The notes under the pieces: model-generated
Databases searched by the model: none
Seen by the model: only the letters and a program-made list of their open reading frames with translations
What the model was told of the DNA's origin: nothing
Origin: Syntrophomonadaceae bacterium
GTDB lineage: Bacteria > Bacillota > Syntrophomonadia > Syntrophomonadales > Syntrophomonadaceae
Length of the DNA stretch: 64,000 nt
Reading direction: 5' to 3'
Assembly (NCBI GenBank): GCA_049656905.1
Contig: JBASMO010000044.1
Coordinates: 482-64,481, forward strand
Made by a program: the position numbers and the translations under genes
Shown: one piece after another, positions 1 to 9,909 of the stretch
Layout of the letters: each line of letters opens with the position of its first letter
Numbering within the stretch: the stretch's first letter is position 1

Positions 1-33
1 TGGGCTGAAGAAATAGGCCAGGAGGGATGCAGG

Positions 34-504
34 TTGGCGGAAGAAAAAATCGCAGAAGCGGCGAAGAAATCTGATCTAAGAATTATCATTATTGGTCTGG
101 TTTTTTTCCTAGTGGCCATGGGCGGTACTTACTTTCTCGTCAGTAAAATGATGGCTCCTTTGCTACCAGAAAAACCAGCTGAAAAACTAGATGTTTCTAC
201 AGGAAATTTGGTGTCTATTGGCGAATTCACTACTAATATAAATGATATGGGCAGTATTCGTTATCTAAAATTCGAAATATTTGTAGAAGTGTCCAAAGAA
301 AACAAAAAGAATCAGGAAATCATAACCGAAGCTATGCCTATTATTAAAGACTGTATTTTAAGCATTGTTTCCTCAAAAACAGTGGCTGATTTGGATGTGC
401 GCAACCGGGATAATTTGAAAACAGAGATAAAGAACCAGCTGAACAAAGAGATTGGTTCTGACGTTATCAACAATGTTTACTTTACCAGTTTTATCATGCA
501 GTAA
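34..504 (+). CDS. fliL: Flagellar basal-body-associated protein FliL
   Basis: The 156-aa product has a single N-terminal TM helix (IIIIGLVFFLVAMGGTYFLV) and a FliL-like C-terminal domain. It lies directly upstream of fliM, as in B. subtilis fla/che. The TTG start is 7 nt after GGAGGG. Confidence 0.8.
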   Translation: MAEEKIAEAAKKSDLRIIIIGLVFFLVAMGGTYFLVSKMMAPLLPEKPAEKLDVSTGNLVSIGEFTTNINDMGSIRYLKFEIFVEVSKENKKNQEIITEAMPIIKDCILSIVSSKTVADLDVRNRDNLKTEIKNQLNKEIGSDVINNVYFTSFIMQ

Positions 505-535
505 CCTTTAGTCTTTAGCGAAAAGGGGGGTAAAC

Positions 536-1528
536 GTGAGTGAAGTTCTGTCTCAATCTGAAATTGATGCCTTGCTATCTGCGTTAAGTAGTGGAACCGT
601 TGATGCCAATGAGTTAAAACAAGAGCAGGTTAAGAAAAAAGTAAAGGTATATGATTTTCGCAGGCCTAACAAGTTTTCTAAAGATCAAATTCATACCTTA
701 CATGTGATTTTTGAGAACTTTACCCGCTCATTGGGTACCTACTTATCTGCTCAGCTGAGAGCACCAGTTCAGATGGAAATACTGTCGGTAGAGCAGTTGA
801 CTTATGATGAGTTTATTCGCTCTATTCCTAGCCCAACTATACTGAATATCTTTTCCCTCTATCCCTTGGAGGGCAGTGCTATTATGGAGATAAATCCCAA
901 CATAGGGTTTGCTTTTTTAGATCGATTGTTGGGTGGTCCTGGTGATGCTCTGGCCAAGGCGCGCGGTTTGACCGAAATAGAATTGACGGTTATGGAGCGT
1001 CTTGCGCAGAGAATGCTGGATTTTTTGGCTGAACCATGGGGCAGCATTATTGAGATGGAACCTTCCCTGGAACGGATTGAAACCAATCCGCAGTTTACTC
1101 AATTAGTATCCCCCAGTGAGATGGTGATTATCATTTCTCTGGAAACCCATATGGCAGATATATTAGGGATGATCAATATATGTATTCCTTTCTTGGTTCT
1201 GGAACCTATAGTGGACAAGCTTAGTGTCCATTATTATTATTCGGCTACGAATACCAGGACCAATGAGGAAAGCATGGCAGCTATTCAGACCAAACTACAG
1301 AATACCAATGTAACCGTTAAGGTTTTGCTGGGTCGAAATACTATCACGGTAAAAGACTTATTGGAACTGTCGGTAGGGGATGTAATCCCGTTAAAGAGAG
1401 GAATTAATGAGGAATTAGAGGTAGTCATTGGCCAAAGTACCAAGTTTCTTGGCAAGCCTGGTATATTGAGCAATAGACTTTCCCTGCAGATATCTCAGGT
1501 GATAAAGGAGGTGAAACATGATGAATGA
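536..1528 (+). CDS. fliM: Flagellar motor switch protein FliM
   Basis: N-terminal LSQSEIDALL CheY-P docking motif. The 330-aa length and C-terminal SpoA/FliN-like segment fit FliM. GTG start follows a G-rich SD. Confidence 0.95.
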   Translation: MSEVLSQSEIDALLSALSSGTVDANELKQEQVKKKVKVYDFRRPNKFSKDQIHTLHVIFENFTRSLGTYLSAQLRAPVQMEILSVEQLTYDEFIRSIPSPTILNIFSLYPLEGSAIMEINPNIGFAFLDRLLGGPGDALAKARGLTEIELTVMERLAQRMLDFLAEPWGSIIEMEPSLERIETNPQFTQLVSPSEMVIIISLETHMADILGMINICIPFLVLEPIVDKLSVHYYYSATNTRTNEESMAAIQTKLQNTNVTVKVLLGRNTITVKDLLELSVGDVIPLKRGINEELEVVIGQSTKFLGKPGILSNRLSLQISQVIKEVKHDE

Positions 1529-2693
1529 TGGCATTTTATCTCAAGAAGAGATTGATGCTTTATTAAAAGGTGACAGCTCAAGCCCATCTGAACAACCCCC
1601 CAAATCCTTTGTTCTAACTGATTTCGAAAAGGATGCCTTAGGGGAGATCGGTAATATAAGTATGGGGACGTCCGCAACGACTCTGTCTACACTGCTGAGA
1701 AAGAAAGTATCTATCACCACACCAACGGTAACCGTAACTACTCCTGAACAATTGCGCAGTGAGTATCCCCCGCCTTATGTTGTAGTAGAAGTGGAGTATA
1801 CCGAAGGACTGCAAGGTTCTAATGTCCTAATTGTTAAAGAAAATGTTGCCGGTATAATATCTGATCTTATGATGGGAGGGCAGGGTGCTTATAGTCAAGC
1901 CAGCCTATCGGAAACTGAATTGAGCGCAGTTGGTGAAGCTATGAACCAGATGATGGGCTCAGCCACTACTAGTCTTTCGTCTATGTTCAATCGCCGTATA
2001 GATATTGCACCTCCATCTCTAACCCTGGTTGATTTAGGAAAAACCAGTTTGGATATGGCCAGTGAGTATGACGAATTGGTAGCCATAAAATTCAAAATGG
2101 AAATAGAAGACCTGGTTGATAGCGAGATGGTACAACTCATACCCGTTGAAGCTGTAAAGAGCATGATATCCTTGTTGATAGGCAGTACCACGGAAGAATC
2201 AGGGGTAGAAGCCGCATTGGAAAAAGCCGCACCAGCACCGCAACCTGAATTACCAACAGAACAAAGGCCGGTAACGCCCACAGTTGAGGCGGAACCTCAG
2301 ATAGCGGTCAATAATCAGGTATGGCAACAGCCTTCCTACATAAACGAACCGTCGCCAGTTCGCAAATCTCAACAGTATTCGGTTCAGCCGGTGCAATTTG
2401 CTAATTTGCAAGAGCTTCAACAAAGCAGCACACCTCAGAATATAAACCTCATCATGGATGTTCCTCTGGATGTGTCAGTTGAACTGGGCAAAACGCGCAA
2501 GACCATCCAAGAGATTTTAGAGCTTCACCAGGGTGCTATTATACAACTGGATAAAATGGCTGGAGAACCAGTGGATCTTTTGGTTAATGGCAAATTAATC
2601 GCCAAAGGCGAAGTGGTAGTAATCGACGAAAACTATGGCATCCGGATAACAGCCATTATCAGTCCCAGTGACCGGATGAATAAACTTCAGTAA
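1518..2693 (+). CDS. fliY: Flagellar motor switch phosphatase FliY (CheC-like domain fused to FliN domain)
   Basis: N-terminal LSQEEIDALL motif. CheC-type repeats (EIGNISMG, AVGEAMNQMMG), a P/Q-rich linker and a C-terminal FliN/SpoA domain (VSVELGKT...GEPVDLLVNGKLIAKGEVVV). Confidence 0.9.
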   Translation: MMNDGILSQEEIDALLKGDSSSPSEQPPKSFVLTDFEKDALGEIGNISMGTSATTLSTLLRKKVSITTPTVTVTTPEQLRSEYPPPYVVVEVEYTEGLQGSNVLIVKENVAGIISDLMMGGQGAYSQASLSETELSAVGEAMNQMMGSATTSLSSMFNRRIDIAPPSLTLVDLGKTSLDMASEYDELVAIKFKMEIEDLVDSEMVQLIPVEAVKSMISLLIGSTTEESGVEAALEKAAPAPQPELPTEQRPVTPTVEAEPQIAVNNQVWQQPSYINEPSPVRKSQQYSVQPVQFANLQELQQSSTPQNINLIMDVPLDVSVELGKTRKTIQEILELHQGAIIQLDKMAGEPVDLLVNGKLIAKGEVVVIDENYGIRITAIISPSDRMNKLQ

Positions 2694-2707
2694 GGCAGGA
2701 GGGCATT

Positions 2708-3070
2708 ATGGGAAAGAGAGTGTTGATAGTTGACGATGCGGCTTTCATGCGCATGATGATTAAGGATATCTTAACCAAGAATGGATATGAAGTAGTAGGG
2801 GAAGCAGAAAATGGACAAGTAGCGGTAGAAAAGTACCGGGAACTGAAACCTGATTTAGTAACCATGGATATTACCATGCCTGAAATGGACGGTATTACAG
2901 CTGTCAAGGAAATAAAAGCTGAGGATGCCTCTGCCCGGGTTATAATGTGCAGTGCTATGGGTCAGCAAGCTATGGTGATAGATGCCATTCAGGCTGGAGC
3001 TAAGGATTTTATTGTAAAACCCTTTCAGCCGGAAAGAGTATTGGAGGCAGTACGTAAAGCCCTGGATTAG
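2708..3070 (+). CDS. cheY: Chemotaxis response regulator CheY
   Basis: 120-aa stand-alone receiver domain. It has the acidic pair (VDDAAF), the acceptor Asp in TMDITMPEMDG and the conserved Lys in KPF. It occupies the same operon slot as B. subtilis cheY. Confidence 0.9.
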   Translation: MGKRVLIVDDAAFMRMMIKDILTKNGYEVVGEAENGQVAVEKYRELKPDLVTMDITMPEMDGITAVKEIKAEDASARVIMCSAMGQQAMVIDAIQAGAKDFIVKPFQPERVLEAVRKALD

Positions 3071-3092
3071 ATAGGGGCGAAAGCAGGCAATT

Positions 3093-3725
3093 ATGAAACG
3101 GTTTCGTAACAAATCAACACTGGTAATTTTATTGACGCTTGTAATGTTACAGGCATCGGTATTGCCAGCCCTAGCCGCTGACATGGATAAACTCAATCAA
3201 GAACTTGATAGTCAGCCGCAGGCTATGGACAAACCCAACTTAGCAATAGAGTTTATTAAATTAATGGTGGTATTGGTACTAATAATAGCTGTTGCCTGGT
3301 TTCTCATCAGGGTATTCAGTCGCCAGGTAGCCTCTCGTATGCAGGGAACCTGGCTACGTGTGGTTGATGAGGTTACCCTGGGTCAGAATAAAGGGATCAT
3401 ACTTTGTGAAGTGGGAGAAAGAGTGTTTGCGGTAGGGGTAACCGATCACAATATATCAGTGCTTTTTGAGGTTACTCATCCTAAACTTTTGGAAGAAATA
3501 AGTATGGAGATGGAGAATAAGCCCGCGACTAATATAACAGCCGACGGTCTGCAAAAACTGTGGAGCAACCTTAGCTATCAATGGGGAAAAGCTGTACCAA
3601 GTAGAACACCAGAAATTAATGAAAAAGATTTTAAGTCTCTTATGGAAGAGCAGGTGAAAAGGATCCAAAACCTATCCTCTACATCTTCGGGAGGGCTCCA
3701 GCAAGATGCTGATAAAAAATCATAA
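3093..3725 (+). CDS. fliO: Flagellar biosynthesis protein FliO/FliZ family
   Basis: Signal-like N-terminus plus one internal TM helix. It occupies the fliZ/fliO slot between cheY and fliP. The call is mainly positional. Confidence 0.6.
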   Translation: MKRFRNKSTLVILLTLVMLQASVLPALAADMDKLNQELDSQPQAMDKPNLAIEFIKLMVVLVLIIAVAWFLIRVFSRQVASRMQGTWLRVVDEVTLGQNKGIILCEVGERVFAVGVTDHNISVLFEVTHPKLLEEISMEMENKPATNITADGLQKLWSNLSYQWGKAVPSRTPEINEKDFKSLMEEQVKRIQNLSSTSSGGLQQDADKKS

Positions 3726-4497
3726 ATACAGACTAAATTATTTATGGTTAACCTTACTTGGTTTAGTGTTAGTGGCACTATGGATGGGAATTTTCGCTGA
3801 ACCAGTGCTGGCTCAACCTTTTGAGATTCCTAATATTAGTTTACAGTTCGGCGGGGAAGATAATCCGGATGCCCTATCCACAACACTTCAGCTGATTCTC
3901 CTTTTGACGGTGTTATCGCTGGCACCAGCTATCGTTATACTTCTTACTTCTTTTACGCGCATAATAGTAGTGCTTTCGTTTCTGAGATCTTCTCTGGCCA
4001 CCAATCAGATGCCACCCAATCAGATTCTAATAGGATTGGCCTTGTTTCTTACTTTTTTTGTAATGGCTCCTACGTTGCAAGAAGTAAACCGTGAGGCCAT
4101 CCAGCCATTGTTACAGGGCGAGATAAATCAAACCGAAGCTTATACCAACGGAATGGCTCCCATAAGGACTTTTATGTTTGAACAAACCCGAGAAAAAGAC
4201 TTAGCTTTGTTTGTGAAAATGGCTGGTTTGGAGCGACCACGCAATTTCGATGATATTCCTAATTATGTATTGATACCTTCTTTTATTATAAGTGAATTAA
4301 AAACTGCCTTTCAGATTGGTTTTATTATTTTTGTGCCCTTTTTGATAATTGATATGGTGGTAGCAAGTGCCTTGATGTCAATGGGGATGATGATGCTTCC
4401 CCCTATGATGATATCATTGCCTTTTAAGATATTGCTGTTTGTTTTGGTAGATGGCTGGAACTTGGTGATTCAGTCTCTCCTTCAGAGTTTTGGGTAG
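3706..4497 (+). CDS. fliP: Flagellar type III export apparatus protein FliP
   Basis: 263-aa polytopic membrane protein with FliP-conserved segments (FTRIIVVLSFLR, GFIIFVPFLIIDMVVAS). Confidence 0.95.
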   Translation: MLIKNHKYRLNYLWLTLLGLVLVALWMGIFAEPVLAQPFEIPNISLQFGGEDNPDALSTTLQLILLLTVLSLAPAIVILLTSFTRIIVVLSFLRSSLATNQMPPNQILIGLALFLTFFVMAPTLQEVNREAIQPLLQGEINQTEAYTNGMAPIRTFMFEQTREKDLALFVKMAGLERPRNFDDIPNYVLIPSFIISELKTAFQIGFIIFVPFLIIDMVVASALMSMGMMMLPPMMISLPFKILLFVLVDGWNLVIQSLLQSFG

Positions 4498-4779
4498 GTG
4501 ATTTTTTTGTATGAGAACCTCGTACTGGGTGTAGCTAATGAAGCCATGGTTACTATTTTGCTAGTGGCAGCTCCCATTTTGGGCGGGGCTTTGCTTACCG
4601 GTTTACTTATCAGTATATTGCAGGCTACCACCCAGCTGCAGGAAATGACCCTGGTTTTCGTGCCTAAAATTGTAGTAGTGCTATTAATGGTAATAATCTT
4701 TGGCCCGTGGATGTTGAATGTGATTACTGGGTTTACTTACGATTTGTATGCGTCTTTGCCACTATTTGTAACCTGGTAA
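4498..4779 (+). CDS. fliQ: Flagellar type III export apparatus protein FliQ
   Basis: About 90-aa two-TM protein with the FliQ core LLISILQATTQLQEMTLVFVPKI. GTG start lies immediately after the fliP stop. Confidence 0.9.
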   Translation: MIFLYENLVLGVANEAMVTILLVAAPILGGALLTGLLISILQATTQLQEMTLVFVPKIVVVLLMVIIFGPWMLNVITGFTYDLYASLPLFVTW

Positions 4780-4794
4780 GGTGGTTGATCAGCC

Positions 4795-5553
4795 ATGCCG
4801 TTTCCCCTGGACGGTTTTTTATTATTAATGGGACGATTGTCAGGCTTATTTCTCAGTGCCCCTATATTCAGCAGTCGACAAATACCAGGACGCGTAAAAA
4901 TTTTGATATTGGCGTTGTTATCGGCAACCCTTAGCTATGTAATACCTATCAATACCAGTGTGACTATCAGTACCCCTGGTCTTTTTTTGGCAGCCCTGGT
5001 TTTGGAAATATTAGTGGGTTATACTATTGGCTTGGTAGCCTATGTGGTCTTTGGGGCCATTCAATTAGCGGGGCAGCTGATGGATATGCCCATGGGTTTT
5101 GCCATAGTAAATGTGGTTGATCCCTTATCTGGTACGCAAATACCCTTAACAGGAAACTTCACCCAAACCCTAGCCTTATTGATGTATTTAGCCATTAATG
5201 GTCACCATTATTTGCTAGAGGCGGTGGTCCAAAGCTATCAGGTAATACCGGTGCTGGGAATACAAATAACGGCGCCTTTAATTGAACTGCTTATGGCTAT
5301 TGCCGCGCAGATGTTTGTAATAGCTGTTAAAATAGCTTTACCCATAATATTTGCCGTCCTGGTAGCTGATATCGCTATGGGCTTTGTAGCTAGAACTGTT
5401 CCTCAAATGAATGTATTTATTGTCGGACTTCCTTTGAGAATAATGGTTGGTCTAGTGACTTTGATGCTGATGATTCCCGTATATCTATGGGTATTTACTA
5501 TACTGTTCTCCAGATTCTTTACTTATTTGGATCAAATAATCATGGCGATGTGA
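4795..5553 (+). CDS. fliR: Flagellar type III export apparatus protein FliR
   Basis: 252-aa polytopic membrane protein in the fliR slot, with typical FliR hydrophobic architecture. Confidence 0.9.
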   Translation: MPFPLDGFLLLMGRLSGLFLSAPIFSSRQIPGRVKILILALLSATLSYVIPINTSVTISTPGLFLAALVLEILVGYTIGLVAYVVFGAIQLAGQLMDMPMGFAIVNVVDPLSGTQIPLTGNFTQTLALLMYLAINGHHYLLEAVVQSYQVIPVLGIQITAPLIELLMAIAAQMFVIAVKIALPIIFAVLVADIAMGFVARTVPQMNVFIVGLPLRIMVGLVTLMLMIPVYLWVFTILFSRFFTYLDQIIMAM

Positions 5554-6671
5554 AAAATGACATGAATGAAGAGCAGCTTTGGCTGGTTGACCTGCAGCTT
5601 TTTGCTGAGGATGGAGCAACCGGTGAAAAAACTGAACAAGCTACACCCAGGCGGCGGGAAGAAGCACGCCGCAAAGGCCAGGTATTTAAAAGTACCGACT
5701 TAAACGCAGCGATTATTATGGTAGCGGGTTCAGCAGCGGTGTATTTAACCTATCCTTATATAATTCAGTCTTTGCAGGATTTCACTTCTCTATATTTGCT
5801 GGAGCGCGCTCATGAGGAGTTTACGATTCAGTATATTTACGGCCTGCTTTTAGAAGTATTATTCATTTTAGCTAAGATCGGACTACCGATTATGGCTGCT
5901 TGTTTTGTGGCTGCATTACTGATTACCTATCTACAGGTGGGCTTTGTATTCTCGGGAGAGCCCTTAACTCCTAAACTGGAACGCCTTAACCCGGTGCAGG
6001 GATTTCAAAGGATTTTTTCCAAGCGAGCGCTGGTGGAACTGGTCAAGTCTCTGCTTAAAGTTGCAGTTACTGGATGGATTGTATATACGGTTATCCGTAA
6101 GTATTATTATGTATTTCCACGTTTTGTTGATATGGAACTGATAGCGACTTTACAGGCTTTAGGGCAAATCATTTTTGAAATGGCCATGAAGGTAGGAGTC
6201 GTTTTCGTTATCATAGGGGTTTTGGATTACCTATACCAGTGGTTTGAGCATGAAAAAACCTTAAAAATGAGCAAGTACGACGTCAAACAAGAGTATAAGG
6301 AAACGGAAGGTGACCCGCTCATTAGGTCGCGCCAGCGGCAAATTCAAAGAGAAGTGGCCATGCGGCGTATGATGGCGGAAGTACCCAAAGCCGATGTCAT
6401 AATTACTAATCCTACTCATTTTGCCGTAGCCCTTCGTTATGAAGTGGATATTATGGATGCACCCGTGGTGATAGCTAAAGGGCAGGATTATATGGCGGCG
6501 AAAATAAGAGAGATTGCTGATGAATACGGGATTATGATAGTAGAAAATCCACTGTTAGCCCGTACTCTATATAATTCAGTTGAGATAGGACAAGAGGTGC
6601 CAGAAGAATTGTATCATGCTGTTGCTGAAGTGCTGGCCTTTGTCTATCGGCAGAAGAAAAAGGTTCTTTAG
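5550..6671 (+). CDS. flhB: Flagellar export switch protein FlhB
   Basis: Carries the NPTH autocleavage motif (ITNPTHFAVAL) and the N-terminal EKTEQATPRRREEARRKGQV segment. The start is taken at GTG 5550, overlapping the fliR stop; ATG 5562 is an alternative. The track start at 5487 lies inside fliR. Confidence 0.9.
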   Translation: MKNDMNEEQLWLVDLQLFAEDGATGEKTEQATPRRREEARRKGQVFKSTDLNAAIIMVAGSAAVYLTYPYIIQSLQDFTSLYLLERAHEEFTIQYIYGLLLEVLFILAKIGLPIMAACFVAALLITYLQVGFVFSGEPLTPKLERLNPVQGFQRIFSKRALVELVKSLLKVAVTGWIVYTVIRKYYYVFPRFVDMELIATLQALGQIIFEMAMKVGVVFVIIGVLDYLYQWFEHEKTLKMSKYDVKQEYKETEGDPLIRSRQRQIQREVAMRRMMAEVPKADVIITNPTHFAVALRYEVDIMDAPVVIAKGQDYMAAKIREIADEYGIMIVENPLLARTLYNSVEIGQEVPEELYHAVAEVLAFVYRQKKKVL

Positions 6672-6682
6672 GAGGTAGCCGA

Positions 6683-8746
6683 ATGGAGCAAAGATCTCCA
6701 TGGATGAACTTTATAGCTGAAAGAACCGATGTATTGGTAGCGGCAATGATTGTGGGAATTGTCATGATGATGATAATCCCCATGCCTACCTGGTTGCTGG
6801 ATATACTGCTAACTTTTAATATCACCTTTGCCCTGATCATCATCATGGTATCGGTATTCAACCTTGATCCTCTGGATTTTTCTGTTTTTCCATCGCTGCT
6901 GTTGATAATGACTCTGTTTCGGTTGGCTCTTAATATTTCCTCTACCCGTTTAATTTTATTACATGCCTATGCAGGTGAGGTTATTAATACTTTTGGCTCA
7001 TTTGTGGTGGGAGGCAACACAGTGGTGGGGTTTATTATCTTTCTAATCCTGGTAGTGATTCAGTTTATTGTTATCACCCGGGGAGCAGAAAGAGTCTCTG
7101 AAGTAGCAGCACGATTCACCCTGGATGCTATGCCTGGAAAACAAATGGCTATCGATGCTGACTTAAATGCTGGTCTTATTAATGAAGATGAAGCTCGGGA
7201 GAGGCGCCAGAAAATACAAAGAGAAGCTGATTTTTATGGTGCTATGGATGGAGCCAGCAAATTTGTCAAAGGGGATGCTATAGCCGGGATTATCATAGTA
7301 ATAATCAACGTTGTGGGCGGCCTCATAATCGGTATGGCCCAGCGCGGTATGCCCGCTGGAGAAGCTGTACAAGTTTATACTCTACTGACTGTAGGAGATG
7401 GTTTGGTAACTCAGATACCTGCTTTGCTGATGTCTACGGCCACTGGTATAGTGGTTACCCGCAGCGCGTCCCAGTTTAATTTGGGCAAAGAATTAACCTT
7501 GCAGGTATTCAGCTATCCCAAAGCTCTGGGATTAGCAGCTATAATACTGTTTATCCTGGGCACCATTGGGTTGCCCCGCACGCCTATGTATGCCTTAGGA
7601 GCATTCTTTGGGGCGCTATTTATACTAACCCGCAATGCGGGCAAAGCGGAAGAGGAACAGGAATTAACTGAGGATGTTGCCGAAGCAGAGCAGATAAAAC
7701 GTCCGGAAAACGTAATGGAATTGCTCCAGGTTGAAAAAATGGAAATGGAGCTGGGTTACGGGTTAATACCACTGGTGGATGTGGAACAGGGTGGGGATTT
7801 ATTAGATCGTATCGTAATGATCAGACGCCAATGCGCGGTGGAACTCGGTTTTATTGTCCCTCCCATACGTATACGGGATAATATGCAATTAAAACCCAAT
7901 AGTTATGTGGTAAAGATTAAAGGAGCGGAAATAGCCAGTGGTGAGTTATTGTTAGACCATTACTTAGCCATTGGACCCGATATCGAAAATGATATGGATT
8001 TAATAGGGGTGGATACTGTTGAGCCGGCTTTCGGGTTACCGGCTCGTTGGATAAACACCGCCCAAAAGGATCAGGCGGAGATGAATGGATATACAGTGGT
8101 TGATCCGCCTTCTGTCTTGGCTACTCATCTGACCACGGTTATAAAAAACCATGCCTTTGAACTATTAGGACGGCAAGAAGTTCAGAATATGGTAGATTAC
8201 ATAAAAGAACAGAATCCAGCCGTGGTAAGCGACTTGATACCTGATTTGATAAATTTAAGTGAACTGCAGAAAGTACTGTCCAATCTGCTGCGCGAGCAGG
8301 TATCTATCCGTGATCTGACCACAATTTTAGAAACCCTGGCTGATTATGGGCGGTTGACTAAAGATGTTGATGTATTAACCGAGTATGTACGCCAGGCTTT
8401 GCGCCGGCAGATTACCCGACAGTATGCAGGCGAAGATAAAAAACTGCAGGTACTGACACTTGATCCGGCGGTTGAAGATATTCTCAGATCATCAATTCAG
8501 CAGAGCGAATTTGGCTCTTATCTAGCGGTGGATCCTGAAGTAGCCCAATCCTTAATTGATAAGGTGTCGCGCTATCATGAGGATCTGATACGGCGGGGCA
8601 CCACTCCCATAATTTTGTGTGCTCCCATTTTAAGGATTTATTTTAAGCGCTTATTAGACCGTTTTATGACTGATTTGGTGGTTTTATCTTATAATGAAAT
8701 CGACTCTAATGTACAGGTTGAGGTAGTGGGGATGGTATCATCATGA
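6683..8746 (+). CDS. flhA: Flagellar export gate protein FlhA
   Basis: 687 aa with an N-terminal polytopic domain, the FHIPEP-type region (ARFTLDAMPGKQMAIDADL) and a large cytoplasmic C-terminal domain. Confidence 0.95.
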   Translation: MEQRSPWMNFIAERTDVLVAAMIVGIVMMMIIPMPTWLLDILLTFNITFALIIIMVSVFNLDPLDFSVFPSLLLIMTLFRLALNISSTRLILLHAYAGEVINTFGSFVVGGNTVVGFIIFLILVVIQFIVITRGAERVSEVAARFTLDAMPGKQMAIDADLNAGLINEDEARERRQKIQREADFYGAMDGASKFVKGDAIAGIIIVIINVVGGLIIGMAQRGMPAGEAVQVYTLLTVGDGLVTQIPALLMSTATGIVVTRSASQFNLGKELTLQVFSYPKALGLAAIILFILGTIGLPRTPMYALGAFFGALFILTRNAGKAEEEQELTEDVAEAEQIKRPENVMELLQVEKMEMELGYGLIPLVDVEQGGDLLDRIVMIRRQCAVELGFIVPPIRIRDNMQLKPNSYVVKIKGAEIASGELLLDHYLAIGPDIENDMDLIGVDTVEPAFGLPARWINTAQKDQAEMNGYTVVDPPSVLATHLTTVIKNHAFELLGRQEVQNMVDYIKEQNPAVVSDLIPDLINLSELQKVLSNLLREQVSIRDLTTILETLADYGRLTKDVDVLTEYVRQALRRQITRQYAGEDKKLQVLTLDPAVEDILRSSIQQSEFGSYLAVDPEVAQSLIDKVSRYHEDLIRRGTTPIILCAPILRIYFKRLLDRFMTDLVVLSYNEIDSNVQVEVVGMVSS

Positions 8747-9909
8747 AAATAAAGAAATTTGTAGCCAGGGATTACAAAACTGCTATACACCAGGCGAAGA
8801 AGGAAATGGGACCAGATGCCATAATACTACATTCTCGCCAGATTAAGAAACGAGGGATTATGGGCTGGTTTTCACCACCGCAGATCGAAATAACCGTAGC
8901 CATGGATGATACCCTCCAGGTTCACACAGATCGGAAGAGAAAGAACATAGATGCGGCTTGGTCAGCGCCCGCCGGCAATGCTAATCAACAGGTGCCATTG
9001 CCACGAGACACAGGGAGAGAAGTGGAACTGGTTGAAGAAATAAGGCGCATGAACCACCTTATGGAAGAAATGAAAAGTAAGCTTTATGAAGTTGAAAGCA
9101 TTAAGGGTTTATCACAATCGGTACAACGTTTTCATCAAATGCTGTTGGAAAATCGTGTGAAACCGGAAATAGCTATGCATATAGCTGCCAATATTCAGAA
9201 CAGGTTGCCCCAGGACCACAGAACTGAACTCAAATGGGCTCACGAAGTATGTGTGCATACCTTACGAGAGTTTGTAAAGGATATAAGTCCTATTAATCTG
9301 TACAGAAACCAAACCAGTCGCTTGGTGTTTATGATCGGGCCAACTGGAGTTGGGAAAACCACAACTATTGCCAAATTAGCGGCTAAGATGACCTTTTTAG
9401 AAAACAAAAGAGTGGCCTTGATTACCCTGGATACCTACCGGATTTCAGCCGCTGATCAGTTGCGTACTTTTGCCGATATAATGGGTATTCCCCTTAGTGT
9501 AGTCTTTTCAGACGGTGAGATGAAAGAGGCGTTAGACAAGTACCAGGATCAGGATATTATTTTTGTTGATACAGCGGGGTGTAGTCCCTTTAATAAGGAG
9601 CAGATGGCAGATTTAGAGCGTTTTGTTAAAGTAGCTCAGCCTGATGATATTATTTTGGTCTTGAGCGTTACTACCGACAGCGATGATTTAATAAATACTT
9701 ATGAACAATTCAAGAGTGTAGGTATTGACAAAATCATTTTCACCAAACTTGATGAAACCACTACCTATGGGCAAATCTTAAATGTTGTATATGAGATTAG
9801 AAAACCAATTGCCTATGTTACTACTGGACAAAACGTTCCAGATGACATTGAAATACCAGATTCTACCCGCTTAGCCAGAATGTTTCTGGGAGAGGAGGGT
9901 ATAAGATGA
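8743..9909 (+). CDS. flhF: Flagellar GTPase FlhF (SRP-type)
   Basis: SRP-GTPase motifs GPTGVGKTTT, DTAG and TKLDET. ATGA overlap with flhA. Confidence 0.9.
   Translation: MKIKKFVARDYKTAIHQAKKEMGPDAIILHSRQIKKRGIMGWFSPPQIEITVAMDDTLQVHTDRKRKNIDAAWSAPAGNANQQVPLPRDTGREVELVEEIRRMNHLMEEMKSKLYEVESIKGLSQSVQRFHQMLLENRVKPEIAMHIAANIQNRLPQDHRTELKWAHEVCVHTLREFVKDISPINLYRNQTSRLVFMIGPTGVGKTTTIAKLAAKMTFLENKRVALITLDTYRISAADQLRTFADIMGIPLSVVFSDGEMKEALDKYQDQDIIFVDTAGCSPFNKEQMADLERFVKVAQPDDIILVLSVTTDSDDLINTYEQFKSVGIDKIIFTKLDETTTYGQILNVVYEIRKPIAYVTTGQNVPDDIEIPDSTRLARMFLGEEGIR

Noticed and set aside
859-2281. Antisense ORFs throughout the window. Examples are 859-1086, 1895-2281, 13153-13851, 28002-28361, 37904-38409, 44327-44668 and 55890-56207.
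   Set aside because: These are shadow ORFs opposite well-supported plus-strand genes. Their compositions are Ser/Pro/Ile-biased, as is typical of antisense translation.
4707-4934. Same-strand alternative-frame ORFs in the track. Examples are 4707-4934, 24886-25119, 33964-34188, 34900-35097, 35284-35475, 59688-59897, 60807-61040, 61059-61352 and 62223-62420.
   Set aside because: Each is nested in or straddles a gene with a strong family signature in another frame. None has an SD or a recognisable product.
5487-5549. Long N-terminal extension of flhB overlapping fliR by about 65 nt
   Set aside because: The extension translates to non-FlhB-like sequence inside fliR. GTG 5550, overlapping the fliR stop, or ATG 5562 gives the normal FlhB N-terminus.
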